A DNA stretch of 64,000 bases from Angustibacter luteus (GCF_039541115.1 NZ_BAABFP010000008.1:1-64000); one strand, 5' to 3'. Shown: positions 18,201 to 27,623, counted from the first letter of the stretch. Program-made: numbers and translations. Notes: a model not told the origin generated them from the letters alone.

Positions 18201-18317
18201 GAGCTTCCTTCATGTCGCAGCGTTGACGGCCCCTGCTGACCGCCCCTGTGGAACACGTCGAACGTAACTGCGCGCAACGGACCCCGTCCGGCGAATGGCC
18301 AAACGGGGTCCGAAGTA

Positions 18318-18330
18318 CTACGCAGCGTAA
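18318..18330. promoter_or_regulatory. BldD-box-like site CTACGCAGCGTAA
   Basis: One terminal mismatch to TNACNC(A/T)GNGTNA. Upstream of the 1566-aa gene. Confidence 0.45.
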
Positions 18331-18337
18331 CTAGTTG

Positions 18338-21300
18338 TTATGGCAAGTCGACGTGCCGGACGTGCAGCTCGTCCACCGTGAGCGTCATCGGGGCGTTGGT
18401 GACCGAGCCGGACAGGTACCCCTGGACGGCGACGCCGCCGGGGTTCTGCAGGTCGGCCGTCGCGTCCGTGGCACTGACGTTCCAGGTAGCCGGCTCGGCG
18501 TCCCCGGCCTTCCAGACCCTGGCCCGCACGGTGGTGGGCGAGGCGCCGATCGTCTGGATGCGCACGTGGAACACGTCGCCGGGCTGGACCCCGGACGCCG
18601 CGGTGACCGCGGTGGCGATGGCCGTGTCGGTGCCCGCCACGGTGCGCGAGAGCCCGAGGGTCAGCCGCCCGTCGGCGAGGAAGCGCATCTTCGCCCGGTA
18701 GTCGGTGGTCGCCGTGATCCGACGGCCGATCACGGACACGTACGTGCCGCCACCGGTCTGGGCCTTGTCGAGCGAGACGTCCACGACGGTGTCCGCGCTC
18801 GGGTCGCCGATCCCGGCCAGGGCCGCCGTGAGCGTGGCACCGGCCGCCATCTTCAGCTTGCCTGCGCTGCCGTCCACCGAGAAGTTGGCGTTCCCGCCGG
18901 AGATCGTCCAGGCACCGCCGAGGTCGGCGGGGCCGAAGCCGGAGGCGACCGTCCGGGAGAACGTGTCGTCCGCCACCACACCGGACACCGGCGCCACGAC
19001 GGTGACCGCCTTGGTGATCGACCCGGTCGCCCCGTCGTCGTCCGTCACGGTCAGCCGGACGTTGTAGGTCCCGCCCGCCGGGAAGGTGTGGCTCGGCGTG
19101 GCGGACGTCGAGGTGCCGCCGTCGTCGAAGTTCCAGCTGTACCCGGTGATCGTGCCGTCCGTGTCGCTCGAGGCGGTGCCGTCGAACGCGGCGTCCAAGC
19201 CGCTGGCGGTGTTGCTGAACGCCGCGGTCGGCGCGTCGTTCACGTTCGGCGGGTGGTACTCGCTGGCCACCGTCGCGGCGGACACCTGACGGTTGAAGAC
19301 GGCGATGTCGTCGATCGTGCCCGCGAGGTAGGACGACGTCGGCGCGCCGGTCCACCCGCTGAGGGTGTCACCGATCCGCCAGTACCCGGTCAGCACGCTG
19401 GCCGAGGTCACCGTCGGGGCGGAGGCCACCTGGACGCCGTCGACGTACAGCACCTGACCGGCGCTGCCGAGGGTGGCGACCACGTGGTGCCACTGCCCGT
19501 TGTTGACGACGCCCGGGCTGGTCAGGATGCGGTTCACCCCGGACTGCCGGGCCCCGAACGAGATCTTGCCGTCGTTGCGCAGCCACACGTTGCGGTCGGT
19601 CGTCGTGCTGTTGCCGCTGGCCGCCGTGCCGGCGCCGAGGATCTTCCCGCCACGCGTCGTGGTGGTCTTCACCCAGGCGCCGATGCTGAACGCGCCGGGC
19701 ATCGCCGCGGAGGCGCGGGTGGCCCCTCGACCGTTGCTCGTCCCGTCGAACAACGACGCCGGGTCGCTGTCGCCGGTGATCGCACCGGCCTGTCCGCCGC
19801 TGACGCCGGTGCCGAGCACCAGGTCGTCCACGCCGGCCCAGTCGTGCGCGATCGCCTCGGACTCACCCAACCGCCAGTACTCGGTCGGTCCGTCCGCGAG
19901 GACCTGACGGGCCGACGAGCTGAGGCCCGCGGCCGAGGCGACGGTGATCTGCTGGTTCTCGCTCAGCGAGGTGTTGCCCAGCGGGTCGGTCACCGTGAGG
20001 CGGTAGCGGTGGGTCGAGCCCGGGGCCACCCCGGTGTCGATGAACGAGAGCCGCGGCAGCGTCCAGAAGTTGGAGACCACGGTCTGCTGCCACACGGGGT
20101 TGGCCGTGTCGTTGTCCCGGATCAGCTTGTAGACCAGGGTGTCGTTGTCCCGGTCCCAGGTCGCGGGGAAGGTGAACCGCACGGTGCCCGGCTGGTACGA
20201 CTGCATGTCCGGGTTGAGCGCGGCGCCGCCACGGTTCACCGGGCCGGACTGGTTCGGTCCCAGGGCCCGGGTGGTGAAGCGCGCCAGCCCTTGCTGCGGG
20301 ACGCCGTCGACGCGGGGGAACTCGCCACCGATCACCACGTAGTCGCTGTTGCCGGTGATGTTCCAGGCCGCCTGGCCCTGCCCGGTGAAGGTGCCGGCCT
20401 CGGGGTCCGGGAACCAGTGCAGCAGGTTCGGGCGGGGGTTGCCCTCCCAGTTGGTGTAGTTGCCGGTGGTGTTCCTGGTGATCGTCCCGCCGACCGTCTT
20501 GGTCCAGGCCAGCGCGTGGTGGTGGGTGCGCGGGTTCGTCTCGGGGTACCCGCCGACGTTCCCGCAGAAGTGCACGTGCCCGATGGAGTAGACGACGTCA
20601 GGCATGCCGCCGTACGCGGAGTACGTGTCGCCGTGGCAGTCCTCCATCCAGACCAGCGCACCGCTGTTCGGGTTGGCTGCGAAGGTGCCCTCGAAGTTGC
20701 CGCCCGAGCCGAACACGTAGCCAGTGCCGTACACGTTCGTGCCGTCCGTGGACAGGCTCGTGATCCCCGCGTTCGCGCCGGCGTCCATGATCTTCTGGTT
20801 GGCCGCCCAGGGCAGGACCGCCCCGGTGCTGGCGTCGAGCGCGCCCAGCCCGTACGCCGCCACCCCGCTCAGCTGGGTGAACACCCCACCGACGACGAGT
20901 CGGCTGCCGTCCGGGCTCATCACCATGGCGCCGACCGCGGCGTTGGCCGTCGGAGCCCAGGGCAGGACCGCGCCGGTGATGGCGTCCACCGCGCCCAGGT
21001 TGGTGCGCACCGTGGAGCTCAGACCGGAGAAGGAGCCCGCGATGTACAGCGTCGTGTTGGTCGCCGTCAGCGCGCGGACCTTGTAGTCCACGCCGGGGCT
21101 GAACGAGCTGATGATCTGGCCGGTCGCGGTGTTGTAGGCCGCGATGCGGTACCGCTTCAGCCCGTTGGCCATCGTGAAGTCGCCGCCGACGTACAGCCGG
21201 GAGCCGTCCGGCGAGGCCGCCACGGTCATCACCTGCGCGTTCAGGTCGGGCGCGAAGCTGGTGATCAGCTCGCCGGTGGTGATGTCGTAGGCGAGCAGGT

Positions 21301-21586
21301 TGTTGCGGGTCACCTCGCCGGTACCGGCCGGGGCGCCGGCCGGACGTGCACTGGTGAACCGGCCGCCGGCGTAGACCGTGTTGCCGACCACCACCTGGGA
21401 CCACACGACGCCGTTGATCTGCACCGTGGGCAGGATGTCGGCGCCGACGGTCTGCGGGACCCCGGGCGCAGGGTTGGTGTCCGCCAGCGCCTGCGAGGGC
21501 AGCACCAGGGCGGTCAGCCCGGTGAGCAGCAGGGCGGCGACGGGCGCCAGGGCGACCAGGGCGCGAGGGCGGCGATTGGTGAGCAT
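18338..21586 (-). CDS. ~1082-aa secreted paralog: propeller-like N-domain, FN3-like, 1 LamG, 1 PKD, shared C-terminal domain
   Basis: Signal peptide ending ALA-D. Extensive identity to the neighbour (LPTVQ[IV]NGVVWSQV, RNNLLAY, CHGDTY, GGEFPRV). ATG 21586 preferred as start. Confidence 0.9.
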   Translation of the reverse strand: MLTNRRPRALVALAPVAALLLTGLTALVLPSQALADTNPAPGVPQTVGADILPTVQINGVVWSQVVVGNTVYAGGRFTSARPAGAPAGTGEVTRNNLLAYDITTGELITSFAPDLNAQVMTVAASPDGSRLYVGGDFTMANGLKRYRIAAYNTATGQIISSFSPGVDYKVRALTATNTTLYIAGSFSGLSSTVRTNLGAVDAITGAVLPWAPTANAAVGAMVMSPDGSRLVVGGVFTQLSGVAAYGLGALDASTGAVLPWAANQKIMDAGANAGITSLSTDGTNVYGTGYVFGSGGNFEGTFAANPNSGALVWMEDCHGDTYSAYGGMPDVVYSIGHVHFCGNVGGYPETNPRTHHHALAWTKTVGGTITRNTTGNYTNWEGNPRPNLLHWFPDPEAGTFTGQGQAAWNITGNSDYVVIGGEFPRVDGVPQQGLARFTTRALGPNQSGPVNRGGAALNPDMQSYQPGTVRFTFPATWDRDNDTLVYKLIRDNDTANPVWQQTVVSNFWTLPRLSFIDTGVAPGSTHRYRLTVTDPLGNTSLSENQQITVASAAGLSSSARQVLADGPTEYWRLGESEAIAHDWAGVDDLVLGTGVSGGQAGAITGDSDPASLFDGTSNGRGATRASAAMPGAFSIGAWVKTTTTRGGKILGAGTAASGNSTTTDRNVWLRNDGKISFGARQSGVNRILTSPGVVNNGQWHHVVATLGSAGQVLYVDGVQVASAPTVTSASVLTGYWRIGDTLSGWTGAPTSSYLAGTIDDIAVFNRQVSAATVASEYHPPNVNDAPTAAFSNTASGLDAAFDGTASSDTDGTITGYSWNFDDGGTSTSATPSHTFPAGGTYNVRLTVTDDDGATGSITKAVTVVAPVSGVVADDTFSRTVASGFGPADLGGAWTISGGNANFSVDGSAGKLKMAAGATLTAALAGIGDPSADTVVDVSLDKAQTGGGTYVSVIGRRITATTDYRAKMRFLADGRLTLGLSRTVAGTDTAIATAVTAASGVQPGDVFHVRIQTIGASPTTVRARVWKAGDAEPATWNVSATDATADLQNPGGVAVQGYLSGSVTNAPMTLTVDELHVRHVDLP

Positions 21587-21698
21587 GTGGTGTCCCCAGC
21601 GGTGCGATGGTGCGCGCCGCGAGATCGCGGCGCTCACCAGCGAACGTAACGCTGCGCAACATTTCTCGCTGGAAAATCACCAATCTCGTGGGATAATA

Positions 21699-21711
21699 CT
21701 ACCCTGAGTTA
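21699..21711. promoter_or_regulatory. BldD-box-like site CTACCCTGAGTTA
   Basis: One terminal mismatch to consensus. 21701-21714 is 13/14 identical to 3780-3793. Confidence 0.45.
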
Positions 21712-21718
21712 CTGATGA

Positions 21719-22342
21719 TCACGCGGAAGCGTCTCCGCGGAGCAGCACGACCGGCTTCGTCGGGTCGTAGCTGACGTTCAGCTCGACCGATCCGCGCGAC
21801 GACTTCGGCACCAGCCAGACGTACGTGGCGCTCGCGTCCTGACCGGCCTTGACCGAGCCGGTCCAGGGCTTGGACGGCGGTGACGAGCTGTCCACCGCCG
21901 GCGTCGCCGCCTTGCCGTACGACGCCGTCACCACCGCGTTGCCGAGGTCCAGTGTCGTGGGGGTCCCGTTGTGCAGCTGCAGCGTGATGGCGACCGCCGA
22001 CCCGCTCAGCTCGCCCGGCCCTCGACCCTTGACCGTCACCGCCTTGACCGACGAGACGTGCACCGTGACCCCGCTGCCGAAGGTTGCCGTGGAGCGCAGC
22101 GGCTGCGCCTTGTGCGTGGGGCGGGCACTGCCGGCCACACCGGTCGTGGGAGCGGACGAGGTCGAGGCCGACGGGCCTGACGTCGTACCGCCCGGCGTCG
22201 TCGACGAGCCGGTCGGCTGGGCGCTGGCGGTGGCGGACGTGCCCGAACCGGCAGTCGGGTTGCCGTCGGAGCCGGAGCAGCCGGCGAGGAGCCCGCCCAC
22301 CACCACCAGCCCCGTCACGGTCGCGAGTGCGACTCGGGTCAT
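21719..22342 (-). CDS. Lipoprotein with Ser/Thr-rich linker and beta-rich C-domain
   Basis: Lipobox LLAGC followed by a S/T/G/P-rich stretch. Confidence 0.8.
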   Translation of the reverse strand: MTRVALATVTGLVVVGGLLAGCSGSDGNPTAGSGTSATASAQPTGSSTTPGGTTSGPSASTSSAPTTGVAGSARPTHKAQPLRSTATFGSGVTVHVSSVKAVTVKGRGPGELSGSAVAITLQLHNGTPTTLDLGNAVVTASYGKAATPAVDSSSPPSKPWTGSVKAGQDASATYVWLVPKSSRGSVELNVSYDPTKPVVLLRGDASA

Positions 22343-22358
22343 CCGTCGTGCCTCCTGG

Positions 22359-23120
22359 TCATCGCGGCGCCGGACCTGCCAGCGCCTGCATGTCGTGGAA
22401 CCACTTCACCACGGCAAGCGCCAGGAATCCGGCGTTCGCGAGGAAGAACAGGCAATACACAGGGAAGAACGCCGCGGGCACACCGAACAGCACGAACGCC
22501 AGGCAGAGGAACCCGTAGTCGGTGGGGATCACCAGCAACGACCGCAGCCGGGACGTGCCGCCCCGCTCGATCGGCACCCCGGTGGCGGCGACCTGCCGCT
22601 GGCGGAGCAGGTCGTTGAGGATCATGCCGAAGAAGGCGACCGACGACACCGCACTGAACGCCAGGGGGACCAGCAGCCAGCCGTCCGCGACGTCGTAGAA
22701 CCGGTACACCGCAACGAGAACGGCCAGGTGCAGCGTGGCGACCTTGCCCGCGTCGAACATGTGGTCCAGCCACTCCCCCGCCGGCGAGCCGCCGCCGCGC
22801 AGCCGGGCGAGCTGGCCGTCCGCGGCGTCCAGGGCGTACCCGAGCACCAGCAGGGCGGCCACCAGCACGCCGACCCACCACTGCGGCCGGACCAGGAACA
22901 CCACGGCGATCGCCGCGTACGTGAAGCAGGCGCTGACCGCGGTGACCTGGTTCGGGGTGCGCCCGAGCAGGTACGCGGCGGCCGCGAACGAGCGCCCCAG
23001 CGGCCGGTTGACGTAGCGCGAGTATGCCGGCGCGCCCTTGGTCGTCTTCTGCGCCTGCGACAGCCGCTGCCTGGTCTCCCGGAAGCCCGGCCGCTCGTTC
23101 GCGGCATCCAGCTGCATCAT
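22359..23120 (-). CDS. CDP-alcohol phosphatidyltransferase family protein
   Basis: TPNQVT and DAADGQLAR...G...DHMFD signature. Confidence 0.92.
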   Translation of the reverse strand: MMQLDAANERPGFRETRQRLSQAQKTTKGAPAYSRYVNRPLGRSFAAAAYLLGRTPNQVTAVSACFTYAAIAVVFLVRPQWWVGVLVAALLVLGYALDAADGQLARLRGGGSPAGEWLDHMFDAGKVATLHLAVLVAVYRFYDVADGWLLVPLAFSAVSSVAFFGMILNDLLRQRQVAATGVPIERGGTSRLRSLLVIPTDYGFLCLAFVLFGVPAAFFPVYCLFFLANAGFLALAVVKWFHDMQALAGPAPR

Positions 23121-24289
23121 CGCTCGGCCCCCACTCGGTCAGCCTGGCTCGTCGCCGCGCGCCGGCGTCCGGATGCCCTGTGCCGCAACGGGCCCGAGGC
23201 CGCCAGCCGGGCGCAGAGCTGCTCGTACGCGGCCGTCACGTCGTCCCAGTCGTAGCGGGCCGCGCGCTCGCCCGACGCGACGCCCCGCTCCCGCTCGGCC
23301 TGCGGGTCCGCCTCCGCCTTGGTCACCAGGGCGCGGACGTCCTCCGGCGTGCCGAAGTAGTGTCCGGCCTCGCCCAGCACCTCGCGGTTGAAGACCACGT
23401 CGAACGCCGACACCGGAGCCTGCGCCCCGATCGCCCGCAGCAGGGAGGGGTTCGTGCCACCGACGGAGTGGCCGTGCAGGTAGGTCAGCGAGCCGGCGTA
23501 CAGCTGGTCCAGCAGCTCCTGGTCCCAGATACCGCCGAGCAGCCGCACCCGGTCGTCGGCCAGGGACGTGACCCGCTCGGTGTAGGCGTCGGAGTAGGGC
23601 GCCGAGCCCACGACCACGAGGGGCAGCCGCGCGTCGCTGCGCACGTAGCCCTCGACGACCAGGTCGAGGTGGTTCTCCGGCTCGAAGCGGGCGACCACCA
23701 GGTGGTATCCCCGAGGCGTGAGGTCCAGCTCACCGAGCCGGTCCAGCCGCTCGGGGTCGATGGTGGGGGCGCCGTACGCGATCAGGTCGGTGCCAGCGTC
23801 GAACTCGTCACGGTAGTAGTCCGCGATGCCCTGGGCGTCGGCGATGAGCGCGTCGGACCAGCGCACCGCGAGCGCCTCTGCAGCGCGGTAGTAGCGCCGA
23901 CCGGTCGGTCCCCACTTGCCACGCCGCCACTCCAGGCCGTCGACGTGGGTGGCGACCGGGACCCGCCGGGCGCGCAGCACCGGCAGGAACGGCGAGTTGG
24001 CCGCGTTGAACACCACGACGGCGTCCGGACGGCGCCGGCTCACCAGGTGCAGCACGGAGAGCGCGCTGTGGCTGAGCGTCTCGAGGGAGCGCTTGCGCAG
24101 CGCCGGCAGGTGCACCAGGCGCATCCCGAGGTAGCTGTCGCCGACCTCGGCGTCCCCGCGGCAGTAGACGACGACCTCGTGGCCGCGCTCGACCAGGCGA
24201 CGCCCGACCTCCTCGACGCAGGTCTCGAAACCGCCGTACCGGGCCGGCACGCCACGAGTCCCCACCAGTGCGATGCGCATGCTCGACAT
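23117..24289 (-). CDS. GT4 glycosyltransferase, DUF1972 type
   Basis: GTRGVPARYGGFET, DGLEWRRGKW, ARFEPEN and HGHSVGGTNPSLL motifs. Confidence 0.9.
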   Translation of the reverse strand: MSSMRIALVGTRGVPARYGGFETCVEEVGRRLVERGHEVVVYCRGDAEVGDSYLGMRLVHLPALRKRSLETLSHSALSVLHLVSRRRPDAVVVFNAANSPFLPVLRARRVPVATHVDGLEWRRGKWGPTGRRYYRAAEALAVRWSDALIADAQGIADYYRDEFDAGTDLIAYGAPTIDPERLDRLGELDLTPRGYHLVVARFEPENHLDLVVEGYVRSDARLPLVVVGSAPYSDAYTERVTSLADDRVRLLGGIWDQELLDQLYAGSLTYLHGHSVGGTNPSLLRAIGAQAPVSAFDVVFNREVLGEAGHYFGTPEDVRALVTKAEADPQAERERGVASGERAARYDWDDVTAAYEQLCARLAASGPLRHRASGRRRAATSQADRVGAER

Positions 24290-24335
24290 TCTCTCGTACG
24301 GAACGGCGTCCTCGGACGGTCGCAAACCGGAAACC

Positions 24336-25946
24336 TCAGTAGGCGCCGGATCCGCGCACGACGGCCCGGGCCGTCTTCCACAGGATCTGCAGGTCGAACG
24401 CCACCGACCAGTTGTCGACGTAGCGCAGGTCCAGCCGGACCGACTCCTCCCAGCTGAGGTCGGCTCGTCCGCTGACCTGCCACAGGCCCGTCAGGCCGGG
24501 CTTGACGCGCAGCCGGCGGTGCACGGCGTCGTGGTAGGCGTCGTACTCGACGCGCAGCGGCGGACGCGGTCCGACCAGCGACATGTCACCGCGCACCACG
24601 TTCCACAGCTGCGGCAGCTCGTCGAGGGAGTAGCGGCGCAGGAAGCGGCCCACCGTGGTGACCCGCGGGTCCTGGCGCATCTTGAACATCAGTCCGTCGC
24701 GGTCGCTGGAGTCCAGCACCTCGTGCCGACGATCCTCGGCGTCCACCACCATCGAGCGCAGCTTCCACAGCCGGAAGGGGCGCCCGTCCTGCCCGATCCG
24801 CTCCTGCGGGAAGAAGGCCGGTCCGCGGCTGGACAGCCGCACCAGCAGCGCGCTGACGGCGATCACCGGGAGCGCGGCGAGGAAGAGCGCGGTGCCGAGC
24901 GTGCGGTCCAGCGCCGCCTTGGCGAGCATCTGGCCCTGCCGGGAGTCCGGGGACTCCACGTGCAGCAGCGAGAGTCCTGCTGCCGGGCGAACGTGCAGCC
25001 GCGGGCCTGCCACCTCCACCAGGCCCGGGGCGACCACCAGCTCGGCTCCGGTGCGCTCGAGGGCCCAGCTGAGCCGGCGCAGCGACGCGGAGGACATGCC
25101 GGACCCGGCGACGATCACGACGTCCACCTGGTGGTCGATGACCGCCTGCGGGATGTCCGACAGGCTGCCCAGCACCGACAGGTCCCCGATGAGGTCCCGG
25201 TCGGACAGCATGGTCGGCACGCAGGTGCCGATGACCTGGTAGCCGTGGTAGGGCACCGACGAGAGGTCGCGCACGACATCGTCCACGGCGGACGGGTGGC
25301 CGACCACGATGGTGCGCATGAGCGCCTGACCCCGGTCGCGCTGGCGGTGCAGCTGCAGCCGCAGCACGTACCGGTAGATCGCGGTGAACAGGGCGACCAT
25401 GGGGACGACGACCAGCACGAACCGGCGCGGCAGCAGCAGGCCGAGGCTGTAGGACGACAGCGCCATCGTCACCAGGACCAGCACGGCGGCGCGGCCGATC
25501 ATGTTGAACTCGTCCGGGCCCTCGCCGGTGCGGCGGCTGTCGTAGGCCCGGAGCAGCCCCAGGGCCGCGCACCAGGAGATGGCGGCGACCAGGCTCAGCG
25601 CGACGTATCCGGCGAACTCCGCGATGGAGTCCTGCCTGGACAGCAGCGTCATCAGCAGGAACGAGACGAAGGCGATGACGAAGTCACCCGTGAAGGCGCG
25701 ACGGCGCCACGGGCCGGCCCAGAGCTGGCGACGGTCCGCCGCCCGGGCGACCGGGTTGAACTCCCCGCTCGCCGGCGACTCGCCCTCGCCCTCGCCCGGT
25801 CGGGTCGGCTGGCGGACGATGAAGGGCTGCTTCGAGGCCCACGACACGCGGTCGGTGGACGCGGGAGATCGACGGTCCGCCACGGTGGACGAGGGGGTCA
25901 CGTCGTCATCGGCGTCGACCCCGAGCGAGTCGTCGTACGTCGTCAT
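24336..25946 (-). CDS. Priming polyprenyl glycosylphosphotransferase (sugar transferase)
   Basis: N-terminal TM segments, KLRSM, DPRVT, SLDELPQLWNV and MSLVGPRP. ATG 25946 follows GGTGGAG. Confidence 0.95.
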   Translation of the reverse strand: MTTYDDSLGVDADDDVTPSSTVADRRSPASTDRVSWASKQPFIVRQPTRPGEGEGESPASGEFNPVARAADRRQLWAGPWRRRAFTGDFVIAFVSFLLMTLLSRQDSIAEFAGYVALSLVAAISWCAALGLLRAYDSRRTGEGPDEFNMIGRAAVLVLVTMALSSYSLGLLLPRRFVLVVVPMVALFTAIYRYVLRLQLHRQRDRGQALMRTIVVGHPSAVDDVVRDLSSVPYHGYQVIGTCVPTMLSDRDLIGDLSVLGSLSDIPQAVIDHQVDVVIVAGSGMSSASLRRLSWALERTGAELVVAPGLVEVAGPRLHVRPAAGLSLLHVESPDSRQGQMLAKAALDRTLGTALFLAALPVIAVSALLVRLSSRGPAFFPQERIGQDGRPFRLWKLRSMVVDAEDRRHEVLDSSDRDGLMFKMRQDPRVTTVGRFLRRYSLDELPQLWNVVRGDMSLVGPRPPLRVEYDAYHDAVHRRLRVKPGLTGLWQVSGRADLSWEESVRLDLRYVDNWSVAFDLQILWKTARAVVRGSGAY

Positions 25947-26081
25947 CTCCACCCCAACCACGTCCACGCGGCGTCGCCCCCTAGCAACTCCGTCGGTGTC
26001 ACCGAACGTAGTAGGGACGTGTAACGGGCGTGTGAAAATGGCGGAATCGCCCGCGCAAACCATCAATAGTGACTAGTTATC

Positions 26082-26094
26082 TCACGCAGAGTGA
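26082..26094. promoter_or_regulatory. BldD-box-like site TCACGCAGAGTGA
   Basis: Perfect match to TNACNC(A/T)GNGTNA, upstream of the priming transferase operon. Confidence 0.6.
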
Positions 26095-26127
26095 ACGCTT
26101 GATCAACTACGCGCGGCGGTGAACACG

Positions 26128-26733
26128 CTATGCAGTCGGCGCGTGGAACCGGCCCTGCGCGGCCAGCAGCCCCTCGTGGGCGAGCGCCTCGACGGCGTCC
26201 GCGGCCTCCTCGAGCGTCACGCCGAGGTCCTTGCGCTCGGTGGCCGAGAAGTCGCGCAGCACGTAGTCGGCGGCGTCCATCCGGCCGGGCGGGCGACCGA
26301 TCCCCACCCGCACCCGCAGGTAGTCCTTGGTGCCCACCGAGCGGGTGATCGAGCGCAGCCCGTTGTGCCCGCCCTCGCCACCACCGAGCTTGAGCCGGAT
26401 CTGGCCGTACGGGATGTCGAGCTCGTCGTGGACCACGACCAGCTGGGCCGGGTCGACCTTGAAGAACTGGGACAGCCCCGCGACCGGGCCGCCCGACTCG
26501 TTCATGTAGGTCGCGGGCTTGGCCAGCACCGCGCGCGGACCCGGCGCACCACCGGGTCGCACGCCGAGCCGCCCCTCGAGCACGGCAGCGCGCGCCTTGT
26601 GGCTCTTGAACGAGCCACCGACGCGCGCGCCGAGGACGTCGAGGACCATGGCCCCGACGTTGTGCCGGTGGCCGGCGTAGCCGGGCCCGGGGTTGCCGAG
26701 CCCGACCACCAGCCAGGTGTGGTCTGTGCTCAC
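26128..26733 (-). CDS. pth: Peptidyl-tRNA hydrolase
   Basis: [29 protein letters not shown] and [12 protein letters not shown] overlap with rplY. Confidence 0.97.
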   Translation of the reverse strand: MSTDHTWLVVGLGNPGPGYAGHRHNVGAMVLDVLGARVGGSFKSHKARAAVLEGRLGVRPGGAPGPRAVLAKPATYMNESGGPVAGLSQFFKVDPAQLVVVHDELDIPYGQIRLKLGGGEGGHNGLRSITRSVGTKDYLRVRVGIGRPPGRMDAADYVLRDFSATERKDLGVTLEEAADAVEALAHEGLLAAQGRFHAPTA

Positions 26734-27398
26734 TCCTGCTCGGCGGCGGGCGCGGCCTCGCCCTCGGCGGACTCGGCGTCGTCGGCCGCAGCGTCGGGCG
26801 CCTCGTGCTCGATGCCGGCCTCGGCCTCGGCCTCGGCCAGCTCGGCCTCGAGCGCCTCGGCGGTGACCTGGGCGGTGATGTTGACGATGAGGATCTCGGC
26901 GTCGGTCAGCAGGGTGGCACCGGCGGGCAGCGCGACGTCGGAGGCGTGGATCTGGGTGCCGGCGGACAGGCCCTCGACGCTGACCTCGACGTTCTCCGGG
27001 ATCGCGGTCGCTGCGACCTCGAGCGACAGCGTCTGGTTCTCGACGGTGACGACGGTCTCGGGTGCGGCGTCGCCCACGACGTGCACCTGGACGTCGACAG
27101 CGACCTTCTCGCCCTTGCGGACCACGACCAGGTCGATGTGCTCGATGACCGGCTTGATCGGGTCGCGCTGCACGTCCTTGGCCAGGGCGAGCTGCTCCTT
27201 GCCGTCGATCACGATGGTGAGCAGCGCGTTGGGGTTCTTCAGCGCCAGCATCGTGTCGTGGCCGGGCAGCGTGATGTGGATGGGGTCGGTGCCGTGGCCG
27301 TACATGACCGCCGGGATCTGGTGCGCGCGACGGATCTTGCGGGCAGCGCCCTTGCCGAACTCGGTGCGGGTCTCGGCGTTCAGGGTGAGGTCGGTCAC
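26730..27398 (-). CDS. rplY: 50S ribosomal protein L25/Ctc
   Basis: [14 protein letters not shown]...IPAVMYGHG and an acidic tail. Confidence 0.97.
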   Translation of the reverse strand: MTDLTLNAETRTEFGKGAARKIRRAHQIPAVMYGHGTDPIHITLPGHDTMLALKNPNALLTIVIDGKEQLALAKDVQRDPIKPVIEHIDLVVVRKGEKVAVDVQVHVVGDAAPETVVTVENQTLSLEVAATAIPENVEVSVEGLSAGTQIHASDVALPAGATLLTDAEILIVNITAQVTAEALEAELAEAEAEAGIEHEAPDAAADDAESAEGEAAPAAEQE

Positions 27399-27546
27399 GG
27401 TGAGGCTCCTTCAAGCGATCTGCGGTCGGTGCGGAGGTCTGGGCCTCGACGCGGGGCGCAGCACGAAGGGGCGCCCACCGGGCGCCGCGTCGATCACGGA
27501 GACGTGGACGGACTGCCCGTCGTACGTCGTCCCTCGCCGAGGCAAC
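27399..27546 (-). ncRNA. Candidate structured 5' leader of rplY
   Basis: -10 TAGGAT at 27558-27553, then a long irregular hairpin: CGGCGAGGGA...GACGU..GACGG/CCGUC..ACGUC...UCCGUGAUCG. Confidence 0.4.
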
Positions 27547-27623
27547 CTGGCAATCCTACCGTCAGGTTGCAGAGGTTCCCAAACGCGGCGTCGCTCGGTG
27601 CGCTGGTTCCCGCACTGGGGTGT

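Noticed and set aside
13500..21586. Sortase-anchored (LPXTG) surface proteins
   Set aside because: Neither C-terminus has an LPXTG motif, hydrophobic helix and basic tail.
26128..27414. 428-aa N-terminally extended Pth, and similar extended ORFs for cysW, cysT, prs, tatD, rsmI and pmt
   Set aside because: The extensions are alternate-frame read-through of neighbouring genes. True starts sit at ATGA/GTGA overlaps, short gaps or leaderless positions.
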